Assembly: GCA_030550235.1 (NCBI GenBank)
Contig: JAUQPU010000002.1
Location: forward strand, 231,164 to 295,163
DNA from: Thermoproteota archaeon
GTDB lineage: Archaea; Thermoproteota; Nitrososphaeria_A; Caldarchaeales; Calditenuaceae
DNA length: 64,000 nt
Direction: 5' to 3'
Both the position numbers and the translations under genes were made by a program. How positions within the stretch are numbered: the first letter of the stretch is position 1; the number at the start of each line of letters is the position of its first letter. Below are positions 27,275 to 40,368 of this stretch, piece after piece. Below the pieces are notes generated by a model that did no database searches, was not told the DNA's origin, and was given only the letters and a program-made list of their open reading frames with translations.

Positions 27275-28854
27275 ATGCGAGGGCATCTCCTGCTCTAGCC
27301 TTAGCGGTGTTGATTGTGATGGTGATTCAGCCGATGGGCCAGGCCCAGGAAGAGGGCTTTCTACTGGTGGGGTACGGTGGCGAAAAGTTTCTACCCTTTC
27401 TCGACGGAGCGAGATACAGGTTTGTTGTAGGGGAGTCGCTGGTTCTGAAAGCGATAGGCTCGGACATCTCAGTTATACTAACCACAAGTAAGGATGAGGA
27501 ACACGTCTTCCGTATAGGTGCTGGAGACTCCTTGGAGGTCCGGAGATTTGGGCCTGGCGATGTGGGGCTCATGTCCCTAGCGGTGGTGGGTGGTGGGAAG
27601 GCGGTGATAGAGGTGCTCAGCGTGGAGGAGTCGGCCCTAGGATGGATTGAGTTCCAGCCAGTGGGAACTGTATCGAATGGGTCCGGGACGCAGGAGGTGT
27701 TAGAGGCGAGGATAGTTGGGTCCACCCTCTCAGGCTTCGAGCTGAGAGGAGAGGAGGGTGAGGGCAGGAGAATATTCGTCAGGCCCAACTCTACATTACA
27801 GCTACAAATACCAGCAAACGCTCTGAACGCGAAGGTCACACTCCTCAGCCAAGACTTCATCGAGTTGAGCGGCTACACTGGTCAACTACACCTTGTTTAT
27901 AGGGTTGAGCCCGTTGTGGCTGAGTATATGTTCAACGTGACTGGAACTGGTCAGCTTGTGCGGGTTGTCGACGTTCACATCCCCGCTCTGGGTGAGGTGG
28001 GTGAGAATGGTTTGGTCCCCCTTAGGTATGGTATACTTCTTATGAGTCTAGTGTATACTGCGCGCTCAGGGGGAAGGTTTGAGCAGAATTTCGAGGTCAT
28101 GGTCTCGCCCATTATGGATGAACCACCTCCGATGAGCTCCACCGTAACCATAACTCTTGAGGAGCTTCTACGCAGCGGTTTGGAGGTAGTCACTGCAGAC
28201 CTCAGCACGGGAAGGTTCGAGCACCGGGTGGTCCGCGTACCCGACTATCGAGTCATTGTCTATGACACCTACTTTGGAAGCTGGGTTGAGGATTACTCCA
28301 TCAGCTTCACTGGATACGTCTCGCTTAGGAATGGGACCGAGTCAATAATCATCCCCAGTACGGTCTCAATCAGCGAAGAGGAATACCCCTCCAGAATCGC
28401 CATCAGACCGTCTTTCACGGTCTACTCGGTTGATATAAGCGACTCCATAGGCCCTGTTACCCTAGAAGCAGGCAGGACCGTTACTATCTATGTGGAGGGT
28501 AGGCTTGTTGATGTAGAGGTGAGGCATGCGGCCGGTTTCCTCATACAGGACTCCAGTATCTATGTTAACGACACGTTTCGCGGTGTTGGTGGCAGTTTGA
28601 GCCTCAGACTTCCGGCTGGAATATACAACTTCTCAGCTGCGACCCCGTTTGGGAAGGTTTTCTCTGCCGCCGACGTCAGGGATGTTAGGCGGGTGGTACT
28701 AGTCGTGAGGGGGTACACTGCTGAGACACTAGCACTCATAACTGTCTTTCTAATACAGCTCTCGATCTTTGCGATGTATTCTTGGAGGTGGTTGAAGTCT
28801 AGGAGGCTTAGGGGTATTTGGGGGTCGAGCGGCGAAAATCAGGCTAAGAAATAA
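27271..28854 (+). CDS. large extracellular protein with signal peptide and C-terminal TM anchor, multiple N-glycosylation sequons
   Basis: Signal LALAVLIVMVIQPMGQAQE and C-terminal TM LALITVFLIQLSIFAMY followed by a basic tail. N-x-S/T sequons are frequent. Confidence 0.5.
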   Translation: MNARASPALALAVLIVMVIQPMGQAQEEGFLLVGYGGEKFLPFLDGARYRFVVGESLVLKAIGSDISVILTTSKDEEHVFRIGAGDSLEVRRFGPGDVGLMSLAVVGGGKAVIEVLSVEESALGWIEFQPVGTVSNGSGTQEVLEARIVGSTLSGFELRGEEGEGRRIFVRPNSTLQLQIPANALNAKVTLLSQDFIELSGYTGQLHLVYRVEPVVAEYMFNVTGTGQLVRVVDVHIPALGEVGENGLVPLRYGILLMSLVYTARSGGRFEQNFEVMVSPIMDEPPPMSSTVTITLEELLRSGLEVVTADLSTGRFEHRVVRVPDYRVIVYDTYFGSWVEDYSISFTGYVSLRNGTESIIIPSTVSISEEEYPSRIAIRPSFTVYSVDISDSIGPVTLEAGRTVTIYVEGRLVDVEVRHAAGFLIQDSSIYVNDTFRGVGGSLSLRLPAGIYNFSAATPFGKVFSAADVRDVRRVVLVVRGYTAETLALITVFLIQLSIFAMYSWRWLKSRRLRGIWGSSGENQAKK

Positions 28855-28869
28855 AATACGCCAGGGCCT

Positions 28870-30300
28870 GTGAGTGATTGGCTTCTCATGCTCTCACCCT
28901 ACAGGGTTGTTCTAGACTCTTGGCAGGGCCGAGCTGCCCTCATCCTCCTCATCCTCATGGCAGCAGTCTCCCTCTACACACTTTCAAGCTATCCGCTAGA
29001 CTATGGCCCCAGGGTCTGGAACAATCCATCCCACTGGGCTGAATACCCGAAGGCCGTCCCACCGGCCTGGAGCTCCTCAGGCCTCAGCTTCCCCCACACG
29101 ATACTCGTCTTCGAAAATCCATCCTTTCTAGGTGATGGCCTAGTAGTCTATGAGAAGAGACTTCGATACGACTCGCTGGAACCTCCAAGCGGGATTACGG
29201 TGAAGATTGGGGGAGTCAGGTTCCAGTCCGCTCCACCTATAATAGAGGTATTGATGATTAGGCCCGACGGCATAGAGATTAGCCTCGCCACTGTAAGCCC
29301 GGGCGGCCCGAGGCCCGATGAGGCTCCACCCTACCTAAGGTTTGGAGACCAACCTCTGAGGGTCTTCCCCGCATCCTCCCGGAGTGTCCAGGTAATGGCT
29401 GCCCAGAGGCTCTCGCAGGTTTATGGCGCTGAGATACGCGAGGAGGATGTTTCCCAGAGGCTTGAGCAATACCTCTTCTCTAGGCCCAGCATGGAAGGCC
29501 GTCTCGAGCCCCTCAAAGGGGAGTATCTCTTCAGGCTCCTACTGTATCGTCAGGACCCGGCCGACGGTGTTGGAGAGGCCTCGATCGTTCTGGCTGGGAG
29601 TGTATACGGCTTTATGGGCACAGACACGCTTGGCCGGGACCTGGCCCAGGGGCTTCTCTTCGGCTTCCCCGTCTCCCTCTCTATAGGCCTTCTCGCGGCC
29701 GGGGTGACTACCTTCATCGGAGCCTCACTCGGACTCCTAGGCGGATACCTTGGAGGACGGGTAGACCAGCTAATCCAGAGGGCGGCAGACGTCACAGCCA
29801 ACATCCCACTCCTCCCAATCCTCATCCTCCTAGCCTACACCTTCAGGCCAGGACTAATACTCATAATACTACTCTTAACGCTCTTCAGCTGGCCGGGCCT
29901 CACAATCCTCACTCGCTCAATGGTTATCCAGCTGAGGAACTCTGCCCTGGTGGACGCTGCAAAGTCGATAGGAGCTGGATATCTCAGAATCATAGCTAGA
30001 CACATAGCGCCCAACGTGGCCCCCTATATTCTCGGACAGATGATATTGAGCATACCATCGGCGATACTTGCCGAAGCTGGGCTTAGCTTCCTAGGCCTCG
30101 GGGACCCGCAGATACCCACTTGGGGGAGTATACTCGAGCAGGCCTTCAGGACGGGGGCCGTCTTTGTGGGATACTGGTGGTGGGTGGTGCCACCGGGCCT
30201 CCTAATCGCTTTGACTTCAATATCCTTCATACTCTTGGCGCTGAGCCTAGAGCCTGCCATAAACCCGCGCTTAGCCTCGCGGCGCAGAAGAGCTGCTTGA
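28870..30300 (+). CDS. DppC/OppC-family ABC permease with ~230-aa N-terminal extracytoplasmic extension
   Basis: GTDTLGRDL motif and EAA loop DAAKSIGAGYLRIIARHIAPN. No DppA/B/D/F genes are adjacent. Confidence 0.7.
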   Translation: MSDWLLMLSPYRVVLDSWQGRAALILLILMAAVSLYTLSSYPLDYGPRVWNNPSHWAEYPKAVPPAWSSSGLSFPHTILVFENPSFLGDGLVVYEKRLRYDSLEPPSGITVKIGGVRFQSAPPIIEVLMIRPDGIEISLATVSPGGPRPDEAPPYLRFGDQPLRVFPASSRSVQVMAAQRLSQVYGAEIREEDVSQRLEQYLFSRPSMEGRLEPLKGEYLFRLLLYRQDPADGVGEASIVLAGSVYGFMGTDTLGRDLAQGLLFGFPVSLSIGLLAAGVTTFIGASLGLLGGYLGGRVDQLIQRAADVTANIPLLPILILLAYTFRPGLILIILLLTLFSWPGLTILTRSMVIQLRNSALVDAAKSIGAGYLRIIARHIAPNVAPYILGQMILSIPSAILAEAGLSFLGLGDPQIPTWGSILEQAFRTGAVFVGYWWWVVPPGLLIALTSISFILLALSLEPAINPRLASRRRRAA

Positions 30301-30304
30301 GAGA

Positions 30305-34030
<3,726 letters not shown>

Positions 34031-34163
34031 ATATGGATAATCGGTTAGCCATTATTTAAATATCCATGAACATAACATTTGCGAAGCACCTTCAAGTAAA
34101 CGACACGCCACCCCCCTAGCCATTAGTGTTTAATAGAACTCACTCACAGCTATTTCTCTGGGT

Positions 34164-35303
34164 GTGTTTGAGGCTGCCTTTCCAGTCGAGGAGAGATACG
34201 ACCTCTGGAGGCTAGCCACGTTTACACTCAATAAGAGGATCCCGATACACAGGTGGTTCTATTTTAAGGAGGGGTTCTCTCGCGACCTAGTCGTTATGCT
34301 TTTGGAGGAGCTTGGTTTAGCTGAGGGTTGTGTTGTCTTGGACCCGTTCGTAGGCTCGGGGACTACACCCTTAACCTGTATGGAGTTAGGGATGAAGGGT
34401 GTTGGAGTGGACGCATCTCCACTTGCAGCCTTTGTCTCCATTGCGAAGACCAGAATATATAACCACGAAGAGCTCAGGAGGGCCCTTGACACCCTCCTCT
34501 CATCAAGGCCAAGCCAGCCGAGCCTAGAGGGTCTGGGTACAAAAGTTAAGCGGGCATACCCTAGAAGGAACCTCGTGGAGCTTCTAAGCCTAAGAGAAGC
34601 CATCGAGGAGGTTGAACAGGAAGACGTGAGAATATTTCTCAAGATGGCTCTGATAAATGCAGCCTCGAAGGCCTCCTATATCTTTAGGGATGGCTCTGTT
34701 TTGAGATTTATTAAGCGCCCCATCCCGCCCCTCAGGCCCTTCTTCCGAAGAATCGCACAGTCGATGATCGATGATGTGAGGAGGGTGAGATTCAGTAGCG
34801 GCCCAGCAACTATACTGGAGGGAGATGCTAGGCGGCTGGACTCTATAGAGGACGAGTCTGTAGAAGCTATAATAACCTCACCCCCCTACCTCAACAAGAT
34901 AGAATACACGAAAGTGTACGAGGTGGAGCTCGAGCTCTTCTTCAAGAAGAGAGAGCAGGACCTTATAAGGTCATATATAGGATTGGTCGGGAGGGAGGCC
35001 CCTAGAGTAATCGAGGGTCTAGAAGAGCTCCCAGACTCCGCCAAGCTATACTTCTCGGACATGATGGATTGTTTAGAGGAGATGTGGCGGGTCTTGAAGA
35101 ATGGAGGTAGGGCCGCGATAGTGGTGGCTGGAGGCGTATATCCAGATAGGATTGTCGAGTCAGACTACATACTGGCAGGTCTAGCCAGGGAGATAGGGTT
35201 TACCGTAGAGAAGATACGAGTGATTGGCAGGAGGGTAGCGACGAGTGGGAGGGTCCATAGAATAGGAGCGGCCCGAGAGAGCATAATATATCTCAGGAAA
35301 TAG
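34164..35303 (+). CDS. SAM-dependent amino-methyltransferase (N6A/N4C DNA MTase-like), orphan
   Basis: Motif I VLDPFVGSGTTPL with a preceding HRWFYFKEGFS block. Motif IV IITSPPY lies C-terminal to motif I. No restriction endonuclease gene is adjacent. Confidence 0.6.
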   Translation: MFEAAFPVEERYDLWRLATFTLNKRIPIHRWFYFKEGFSRDLVVMLLEELGLAEGCVVLDPFVGSGTTPLTCMELGMKGVGVDASPLAAFVSIAKTRIYNHEELRRALDTLLSSRPSQPSLEGLGTKVKRAYPRRNLVELLSLREAIEEVEQEDVRIFLKMALINAASKASYIFRDGSVLRFIKRPIPPLRPFFRRIAQSMIDDVRRVRFSSGPATILEGDARRLDSIEDESVEAIITSPPYLNKIEYTKVYEVELELFFKKREQDLIRSYIGLVGREAPRVIEGLEELPDSAKLYFSDMMDCLEEMWRVLKNGGRAAIVVAGGVYPDRIVESDYILAGLAREIGFTVEKIRVIGRRVATSGRVHRIGAARESIIYLRK

Positions 35304-36480
35304 CCAGTTTGGCCCTTCTCCCACGCCAGGTCAATTCTATACGCCTTCTCGATACTGAGAGGTACGAATCTATGAGAGAGAGGACGAGGACCCAGTTAGC
35401 AAGGAGCGTCAGGGGTGCATAAATTAAGCTATATCTCACGCGAAGCCTCCGGAGCTCGAGGAGATTTGCAGCTATGTTCAGGGCAACCGAGATAGCTCCT
35501 AAGAATAGCAATGGAATGGAGGGGAAGAGAATAGCTAGGACCAAGATTATCTGGGGTAGCAAGAGCTGTATGAATGCGCCTGTGATGAAGTATTTCAACC
35601 GGCCGAGGCTATGTGTTGCGGCATAGTCTCCTACAAGCCGCTTGATGGCACTTATGTAACCTGAGAGGCTTCCAGCATACTCGGCCACTATCCTCTCCGA
35701 ACCATTTAGTAGAAGCATCCGATAACCCCTCCTCTTGAGGAGACTTGCCAGGGCCCTATCCTCTAGTACACGGCTACGAACTGCCTTATGCCCACCGACC
35801 TCGCTGTAGACCCTCCTATTTATGAGGATGAAGGCTCCAAAGAGAAACGCTGTTGGGTCTCTTGGGTCATTGCTCCGGGTTGGTGGGAATAGGGACCAGA
35901 GGATGTTCTGTAGTAGTGGGAGCATTATCTTAGATGGGAGGGAGCCTGTGTCCAGTCTTGGTATCAGCGAAAGAGCGTCGAGGCCTTCCAACTCGCACTT
36001 AGCTAAGGCGTCGGCTAAAACGTTCTCGTTTAAAAGCCTCGTATCCGCGTCCATGAATAGAAGCCAGTGGTTTGAGGAGTGTTGAAACCCCCTCCAGCAG
36101 GCCCAATTCTTCCCCCACCAGTCCGCCGGGGGCTCCCCAACCCTCATATACTTGACCCCCTTACGCAGAAAGCTACCTAGAACAAGCCCACCAGTACCAT
36201 CCTCCGAGCCGTCATCTACAAAGATGACCTCACCCCCTACACCCCTCTGCATAAGGAGGGTAGAGAGACAACCCTCTACCCAATCCTCAACATTTCTGCC
36301 CGGGATTATCACTGAGAGCTGGGATCTGGGTTTATGATGCAGTTCTCTGAGCTTCTCAAGCCCGTGGAGCGTGATTGCCCGTTTATGTACAATCCATATC
36401 CACGCCAGCACAGTTAGAGTGAGGATTGCCGCTACGATTAGGAGGGCCACGATATATAGAGTGTTTGTGGCGGTAGCCAT
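35293..36480 (-). CDS. family 2 glycosyltransferase with C-terminal membrane domain
   Basis: LSVIIPGRNVE...VIFVDDGSEDGT GT2 motifs, DAD (DxD), multiple C-terminal TM helices. Confidence 0.75.
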   Translation of the reverse strand: MATATNTLYIVALLIVAAILTLTVLAWIWIVHKRAITLHGLEKLRELHHKPRSQLSVIIPGRNVEDWVEGCLSTLLMQRGVGGEVIFVDDGSEDGTGGLVLGSFLRKGVKYMRVGEPPADWWGKNWACWRGFQHSSNHWLLFMDADTRLLNENVLADALAKCELEGLDALSLIPRLDTGSLPSKIMLPLLQNILWSLFPPTRSNDPRDPTAFLFGAFILINRRVYSEVGGHKAVRSRVLEDRALASLLKRRGYRMLLLNGSERIVAEYAGSLSGYISAIKRLVGDYAATHSLGRLKYFITGAFIQLLLPQIILVLAILFPSIPLLFLGAISVALNIAANLLELRRLRVRYSLIYAPLTLLANWVLVLSLIDSYLSVSRRRIELTWRGRRAKLAIS

Positions 36481-36537
36481 CTATTACGGGGCATTGTTGT
36501 TGGGGGAGATTTAAAAGTCACCGGGCCAAAGAACTAA

Positions 36538-36861
36538 GTGGTGCCGGATTTGGAGAAGCCAAGCGAAGAGAAGATAATGAGCGCTCTAAAGATGTGTTAC
36601 GACCCAGAGATACCCGTAAACATAGTCGACCTTGGCCTAATATACGACCTAAAGATCAGAGATGACAACTCAGTCTATATCAAGATGACGCTTACAGCGC
36701 CGGGGTGTCCCGTGGGCTTCTTCCTTGTTGAGCAGGTTAAGGAGGCTGTTAAGACAATGTGCCCCAGCGTTACACGGGTTGATGTCGATTTGGTCTTTGA
36801 CCCGCCCTGGACCCCGGATAGAATGTCTGACGAGGCTAAGGAGCTGCTAGGGATGCTCTAG
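36538..36861 (+). CDS. sufT: Fe-S cluster assembly protein (DUF59 / SufT / MIP18 family)
   Basis: CYDPEIPVNIVDLGLIY...MTLTAPGCP signature. Length 107 aa. Confidence 0.75.
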   Translation: MVPDLEKPSEEKIMSALKMCYDPEIPVNIVDLGLIYDLKIRDDNSVYIKMTLTAPGCPVGFFLVEQVKEAVKTMCPSVTRVDVDLVFDPPWTPDRMSDEAKELLGML

Positions 36862-37967
36862 CCCGCCTGATTCTCCTCTCCACCCTCAACCATCAACGCA
36901 AGCCTAGTGGCGATGGCCCTACTCTTTTCACCCGAGAGCGCCGAGTACCTCACCGCCTCTATTAGGTCCCACATCATCTGGTAGGCTGTATTGTCAGGAG
37001 GCCCTCTCAAGTGTAGCTCGCTGAAGAGTACCGCAACATCGTCGAGGAACGGTGTTATGCCTAGGAGCCTATTGCTGCAGATGGCCAAGAATCTCAGTGT
37101 TTCGGCACCAACTCCCTTGACTGCCAGTAGGTCCTCAAAGCTGTCTGGCGGCGAGCCCGCGATCTTAGAGAGGGCGCTCCAGCTCACCCTAACTGGGGCT
37201 GTGAGGGGGTTCACCTCCCCCGCCACACCTTCCGCCGAGAAGTCGCTGAGCCTTGTCTGGTTGCCGCCTAGACCGGGCTTTATTGACTTCAGACGCGCTA
37301 AGGGGTAGCTGAGAATCTCTAGGCACCCCTTCTGGAGCTCTATGTTCTTCTTCAGAGTGAAGTCGAGTGAGTAGAAGCTCCTCATCGCTGAGGTTACCCC
37401 TGTGTGTGGTTCTACAGTGAACTTGGAATAGGCGATACGGCCAGAGTGCCACTGGTATAGCCTGTTCAGGCCGGCCTTGGAGGCAACTTGTATAACTGCC
37501 CACTCAGCCTTAGAGTTGAATATTATCACGTGAAGCCAGAGACGGAACCCGTCCTGCACAGCGACATCATCAACCTTCGCCGTCATCCTGCTCGAATACT
37601 TCAGCCACTCTACCTGCTTTTCGGAGAGCCCCATAAAGGAGGCCTCTCTCTCGACAGTGTCTGGGACTGTGAACCTCTTCGCATAGAGCCCCCCAGCCAC
37701 GCTTATCTCCCAATCGCTCCTGACATTGTTCATCAGGGCTGAGACCAGAAGAACTATGCTTCCTGCATCGTCGTTGTTAAGGTTGACGGAGCGGCAGAAG
37801 AGTCTAAAAGACCAAGGATCCGATAGGAGCTCTAGAAATTCTGAGGAGCCGAAATATCCTATAAAGGAGTCAACGATGACTGGGAGGGTTGAAGAGACCT
37901 CAAGATACAATTGGCGGTTAAAGGTGGGGGGACCAGCCGCTAAGTCCATAGAGCCTAGTTTAAACAT
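36858..37967 (-). CDS. conserved hypothetical protein with C-terminal helix-hairpin-helix (DUF763-like)
   Basis: LLAVKGVGAETLRFLA HhH motif. Length 369 aa. Confidence 0.4.
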   Translation of the reverse strand: MFKLGSMDLAAGPPTFNRQLYLEVSSTLPVIVDSFIGYFGSSEFLELLSDPWSFRLFCRSVNLNNDDAGSIVLLVSALMNNVRSDWEISVAGGLYAKRFTVPDTVEREASFMGLSEKQVEWLKYSSRMTAKVDDVAVQDGFRLWLHVIIFNSKAEWAVIQVASKAGLNRLYQWHSGRIAYSKFTVEPHTGVTSAMRSFYSLDFTLKKNIELQKGCLEILSYPLARLKSIKPGLGGNQTRLSDFSAEGVAGEVNPLTAPVRVSWSALSKIAGSPPDSFEDLLAVKGVGAETLRFLAICSNRLLGITPFLDDVAVLFSELHLRGPPDNTAYQMMWDLIEAVRYSALSGEKSRAIATRLALMVEGGEENQAG

Positions 37968-38068
37968 CTGAAGGTTAGTTGGCCATTAGACTTGTTTTTA
38001 AGCAGCTCACTAGAAAAATTTTGAGACTTTCCGGAGTAAAAATTGGGTATGATAAATACGGCTCCTAG

Positions 38069-38314
38069 CTATGCCGTGATTTTTTCCTCCCGTAGCGCCT
38101 CCTTTAGCGGGATGTCGATGTAAGTGCCGTCTGGGAGAACTCTCCTAACGATGATGGGTAGGACTCCGAGGGCTAGCTCACGTTGGGCTATCGTGAATGC
38201 GGTGTCGTTAGGCCGCGGCTCAACAAGTGGGAAAGCTCCTAGAGAGAGTTGTAGAGCCCTCCCCCCAATAATCTTGGTTATCTCGTATTTTGTTAACCTC
38301 TTCTGAAGAGTCAT
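38069..38314 (-). CDS. rpoK: DNA-directed RNA polymerase subunit K (Rpb6/omega homolog)
   Basis: LTKYEITKIIGGRALQLSLGA signature. 81 aa, immediately downstream of the thermosome gene. Confidence 0.7.
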   Translation of the reverse strand: MTLQKRLTKYEITKIIGGRALQLSLGAFPLVEPRPNDTAFTIAQRELALGVLPIIVRRVLPDGTYIDIPLKEALREEKITA

Positions 38315-38320
38315 AAAGTT

Positions 38321-39982
38321 TCAGTCGAAAGAGGGGCTGGACTCGCCTTCCTCTTCTTCCTTCTTCTCCTTCTTCGCTCCAGCCTCGGATAGCTTTGAGG
38401 CTGCTATGATGTCGTCGATCTTCAATATCATGCTTGCTGCCTCAACTGCAGACTTAATCACCTGTTTCTTAACGATGACTGGTTCCAATACTCCCGCAGC
38501 CCACATGTCTCCGAGCTTGTTTTCAAGTACGTTGACGCCCTCCCACTTCTTGCCCTCCTTGTGGCTTGACCTCAGTGAGACGATGCTCTCTATTGGGTCG
38601 AGGCCAGCGTTCTCTGCCAGCTGCATAGGCACCCTCTCGATTGCGTCGGCAAACTTCTCAACAGCCAGCTGCTCCTTCCCAGGCAGGGTCTTGGCAAAGT
38701 CCCTCAGCTTGGATGCTACCTCGATCTCAGGGGCTCCACCGCCAGCCACCATCTTGGGCTCTAATAGCATGTCTTTAACAACGTTTATAGCGTCTTTGAA
38801 CGACCTCTCGGCCTCGTCGACAATCCTCTGCGTCCCTCCGTGGATTAATATGCTCACGGATTTCGGGTTCTTGCAGCCTTCAATAAACACCATCTTATCC
38901 TCGCCAACCCTCCTCTCCTCGATTAGGGCCGCGCTGCCCAAGTCTGCGGGGGCAAGGTCGTCCACTCTCGAGACTACTCTGCCCCCCGTCGCCTTAGCTA
39001 GCTTGTCCATGTCGCTTTTCTTAATCCGCCTCACTGCAACTATCCCCTTCCTCGCTAGGAAGTGCTGTGCCAGGTCATCTATCCCCTTCTGGCAGAGGAC
39101 AACGTTCGCACCTGTGGCGGCGATCTTCTCAACCATGTCTTTAAGCATCTTTTCCTCCTGCTCCATGAAAGCCCTCATCTGCTCCGGTGTCTCGATATTC
39201 AGCTTGGCGTCAAACTCTGTCTTCTCAATCTCGAGGCTGGCATCGAGCAGAGCTATCTTCGGGTTTCTAATCAGCTTGGGCATATCTGGGTGGACGATCT
39301 CCTTGTCTAGTACGACGCCCTCAATTAGTTTAGTATCCATGATTGAGCCATACTCCTTCTTCTCGAGCTTAATGTCGTCGAGATCAATCCGCCACTGCCC
39401 ATTAACATTCTCTGCAACCTTCAACACTGCATCAACAGCCAAGCCAGCGATGAAGTCCGCATACTCTGAAACAAGCTTACTGATGAGCGCGCTTTTAGCT
39501 ATCTTCACTAGTTCACCTTTATTTGTTGGGTCGACTGATACAGCTATGTTGTCCAGGATGTTTATAGCCTCCTTCGCAGCTTTCCTGAAGCCATCAATTA
39601 TAATTGATGGGTGAACGTCTTTCTCGATTAGCTCCTCGGCGGCTGAGAGGAGCTCACCCGCCAATACGACGGCCGTTGTCGTCCCATCGCCGACTTCCTC
39701 GTCCTGGGCCTTAGCAACTTCTACAAGCATCTTAGCCACGGGGTGCTCGACATCCATCTCCTTTAGAATCGTGGCGCCATCATTTGTTATCACTATGTCT
39801 CCGAAGCTGTCTACAAGCATCTTATCCATTCCCCGAGGCCCGAGCGATGTCCTCATCGTCTCTGCAATGACTTTAGCCACCATGATGGCGGCAGACTGAG
39901 CCTCCCTACCCTTCGTCCTCTGTGTCCCCTCCTTCAGAATTATAACCGGGACAGTACCTACGCTACCTGGAGCTGCTGACAT
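38321..39982 (-). CDS. ths: thermosome subunit (group II chaperonin)
   Basis: ATP-binding motifs GDGTTT and LGPRGMDKM, an apical helical protrusion, and a Glu-rich tail. Length 553 aa. Confidence 0.95.
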   Translation of the reverse strand: MSAAPGSVGTVPVIILKEGTQRTKGREAQSAAIMVAKVIAETMRTSLGPRGMDKMLVDSFGDIVITNDGATILKEMDVEHPVAKMLVEVAKAQDEEVGDGTTTAVVLAGELLSAAEELIEKDVHPSIIIDGFRKAAKEAINILDNIAVSVDPTNKGELVKIAKSALISKLVSEYADFIAGLAVDAVLKVAENVNGQWRIDLDDIKLEKKEYGSIMDTKLIEGVVLDKEIVHPDMPKLIRNPKIALLDASLEIEKTEFDAKLNIETPEQMRAFMEQEEKMLKDMVEKIAATGANVVLCQKGIDDLAQHFLARKGIVAVRRIKKSDMDKLAKATGGRVVSRVDDLAPADLGSAALIEERRVGEDKMVFIEGCKNPKSVSILIHGGTQRIVDEAERSFKDAINVVKDMLLEPKMVAGGGAPEIEVASKLRDFAKTLPGKEQLAVEKFADAIERVPMQLAENAGLDPIESIVSLRSSHKEGKKWEGVNVLENKLGDMWAAGVLEPVIVKKQVIKSAVEAASMILKIDDIIAASKLSEAGAKKEKKEEEEGESSPSFD

Positions 39983-40016
39983 AATGTATCACCAGTATTG
40001 ATGGGGATGGCCCCTA

Positions 40017-40024
40017 TTTATATA
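40017..40024 (-). promoter_or_regulatory. TATA box for the thermosome gene
   Basis: The minus-strand sequence TATATAAA is centred about 38 nt upstream of the ths ATG. Confidence 0.35.
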
Positions 40025-40148
40025 CCCTTTCCGCAAAAACAAGGCTTCAGGAAGAGCATACATGTTCTCTCAAGATTTCTTGAGTATTATGTTCAAGGTT
40101 TTAGGGTATTGAGTTTATCTACTGGCCAATCGAGTTCCAGCATCGACG

Positions 40149-40292
40149 ATGAAGCTGATAAGTGTTAAGCTCCCAGAAGCATTAATAGAGGGGATGGATG
40201 AGCTTGTAAAAAAGAAGATCTACCCGAGCCGCTCAGCCATTCTAAGAGCCGCGGTAAGGGATTTGCTTAAGAAAGAGCTTTGGACTGAGTGA
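40149..40292 (+). CDS. ribbon-helix-helix (CopG/NikR-N-like) DNA-binding protein of 47 aa, absent from the ORF track because it is short
   Basis: Translation MKLISVKLPEALIEGMDELVKKKIYPSRSAILRAAVRDLLKKELWTE is a textbook RHH (beta-strand, helix, helix). Confidence 0.6.
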   Translation: MKLISVKLPEALIEGMDELVKKKIYPSRSAILRAAVRDLLKKELWTE

Positions 40293-40368
40293 AACGGTGG
40301 CTAAGCAGATGCCTAGCCACCCAGGCTAGCTTAGTGGTGGCCATAGTTTTATTAGTCGAGGGGATGCT

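Noticed and set aside
27327-27860. 177-aa minus-strand ORF inside the 527-aa ectoprotein gene
   Set aside because: Nested antisense frame; the + strand gene has a signal peptide and a coherent end-to-end frame.
38000-38068. Possible C/D-box sRNA downstream of rpoK (ATGATAA...GTGATT)
   Set aside because: The box sequences deviate from RUGAUGA/CUGA consensus and no guide complementarity could be assessed. More likely just a 3' UTR or terminator region; its minus-strand reverse complement contains a short T-run.
38406-39614. 402-aa ORF on the + strand, rich in Ser/Leu/Ala, entirely antisense to the thermosome gene
   Set aside because: The thermosome reading frame carries unmistakable chaperonin motifs. 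A long antisense frame opposite a constrained coding strand is expected by chance here, and its low-complexity composition supports an artefact.
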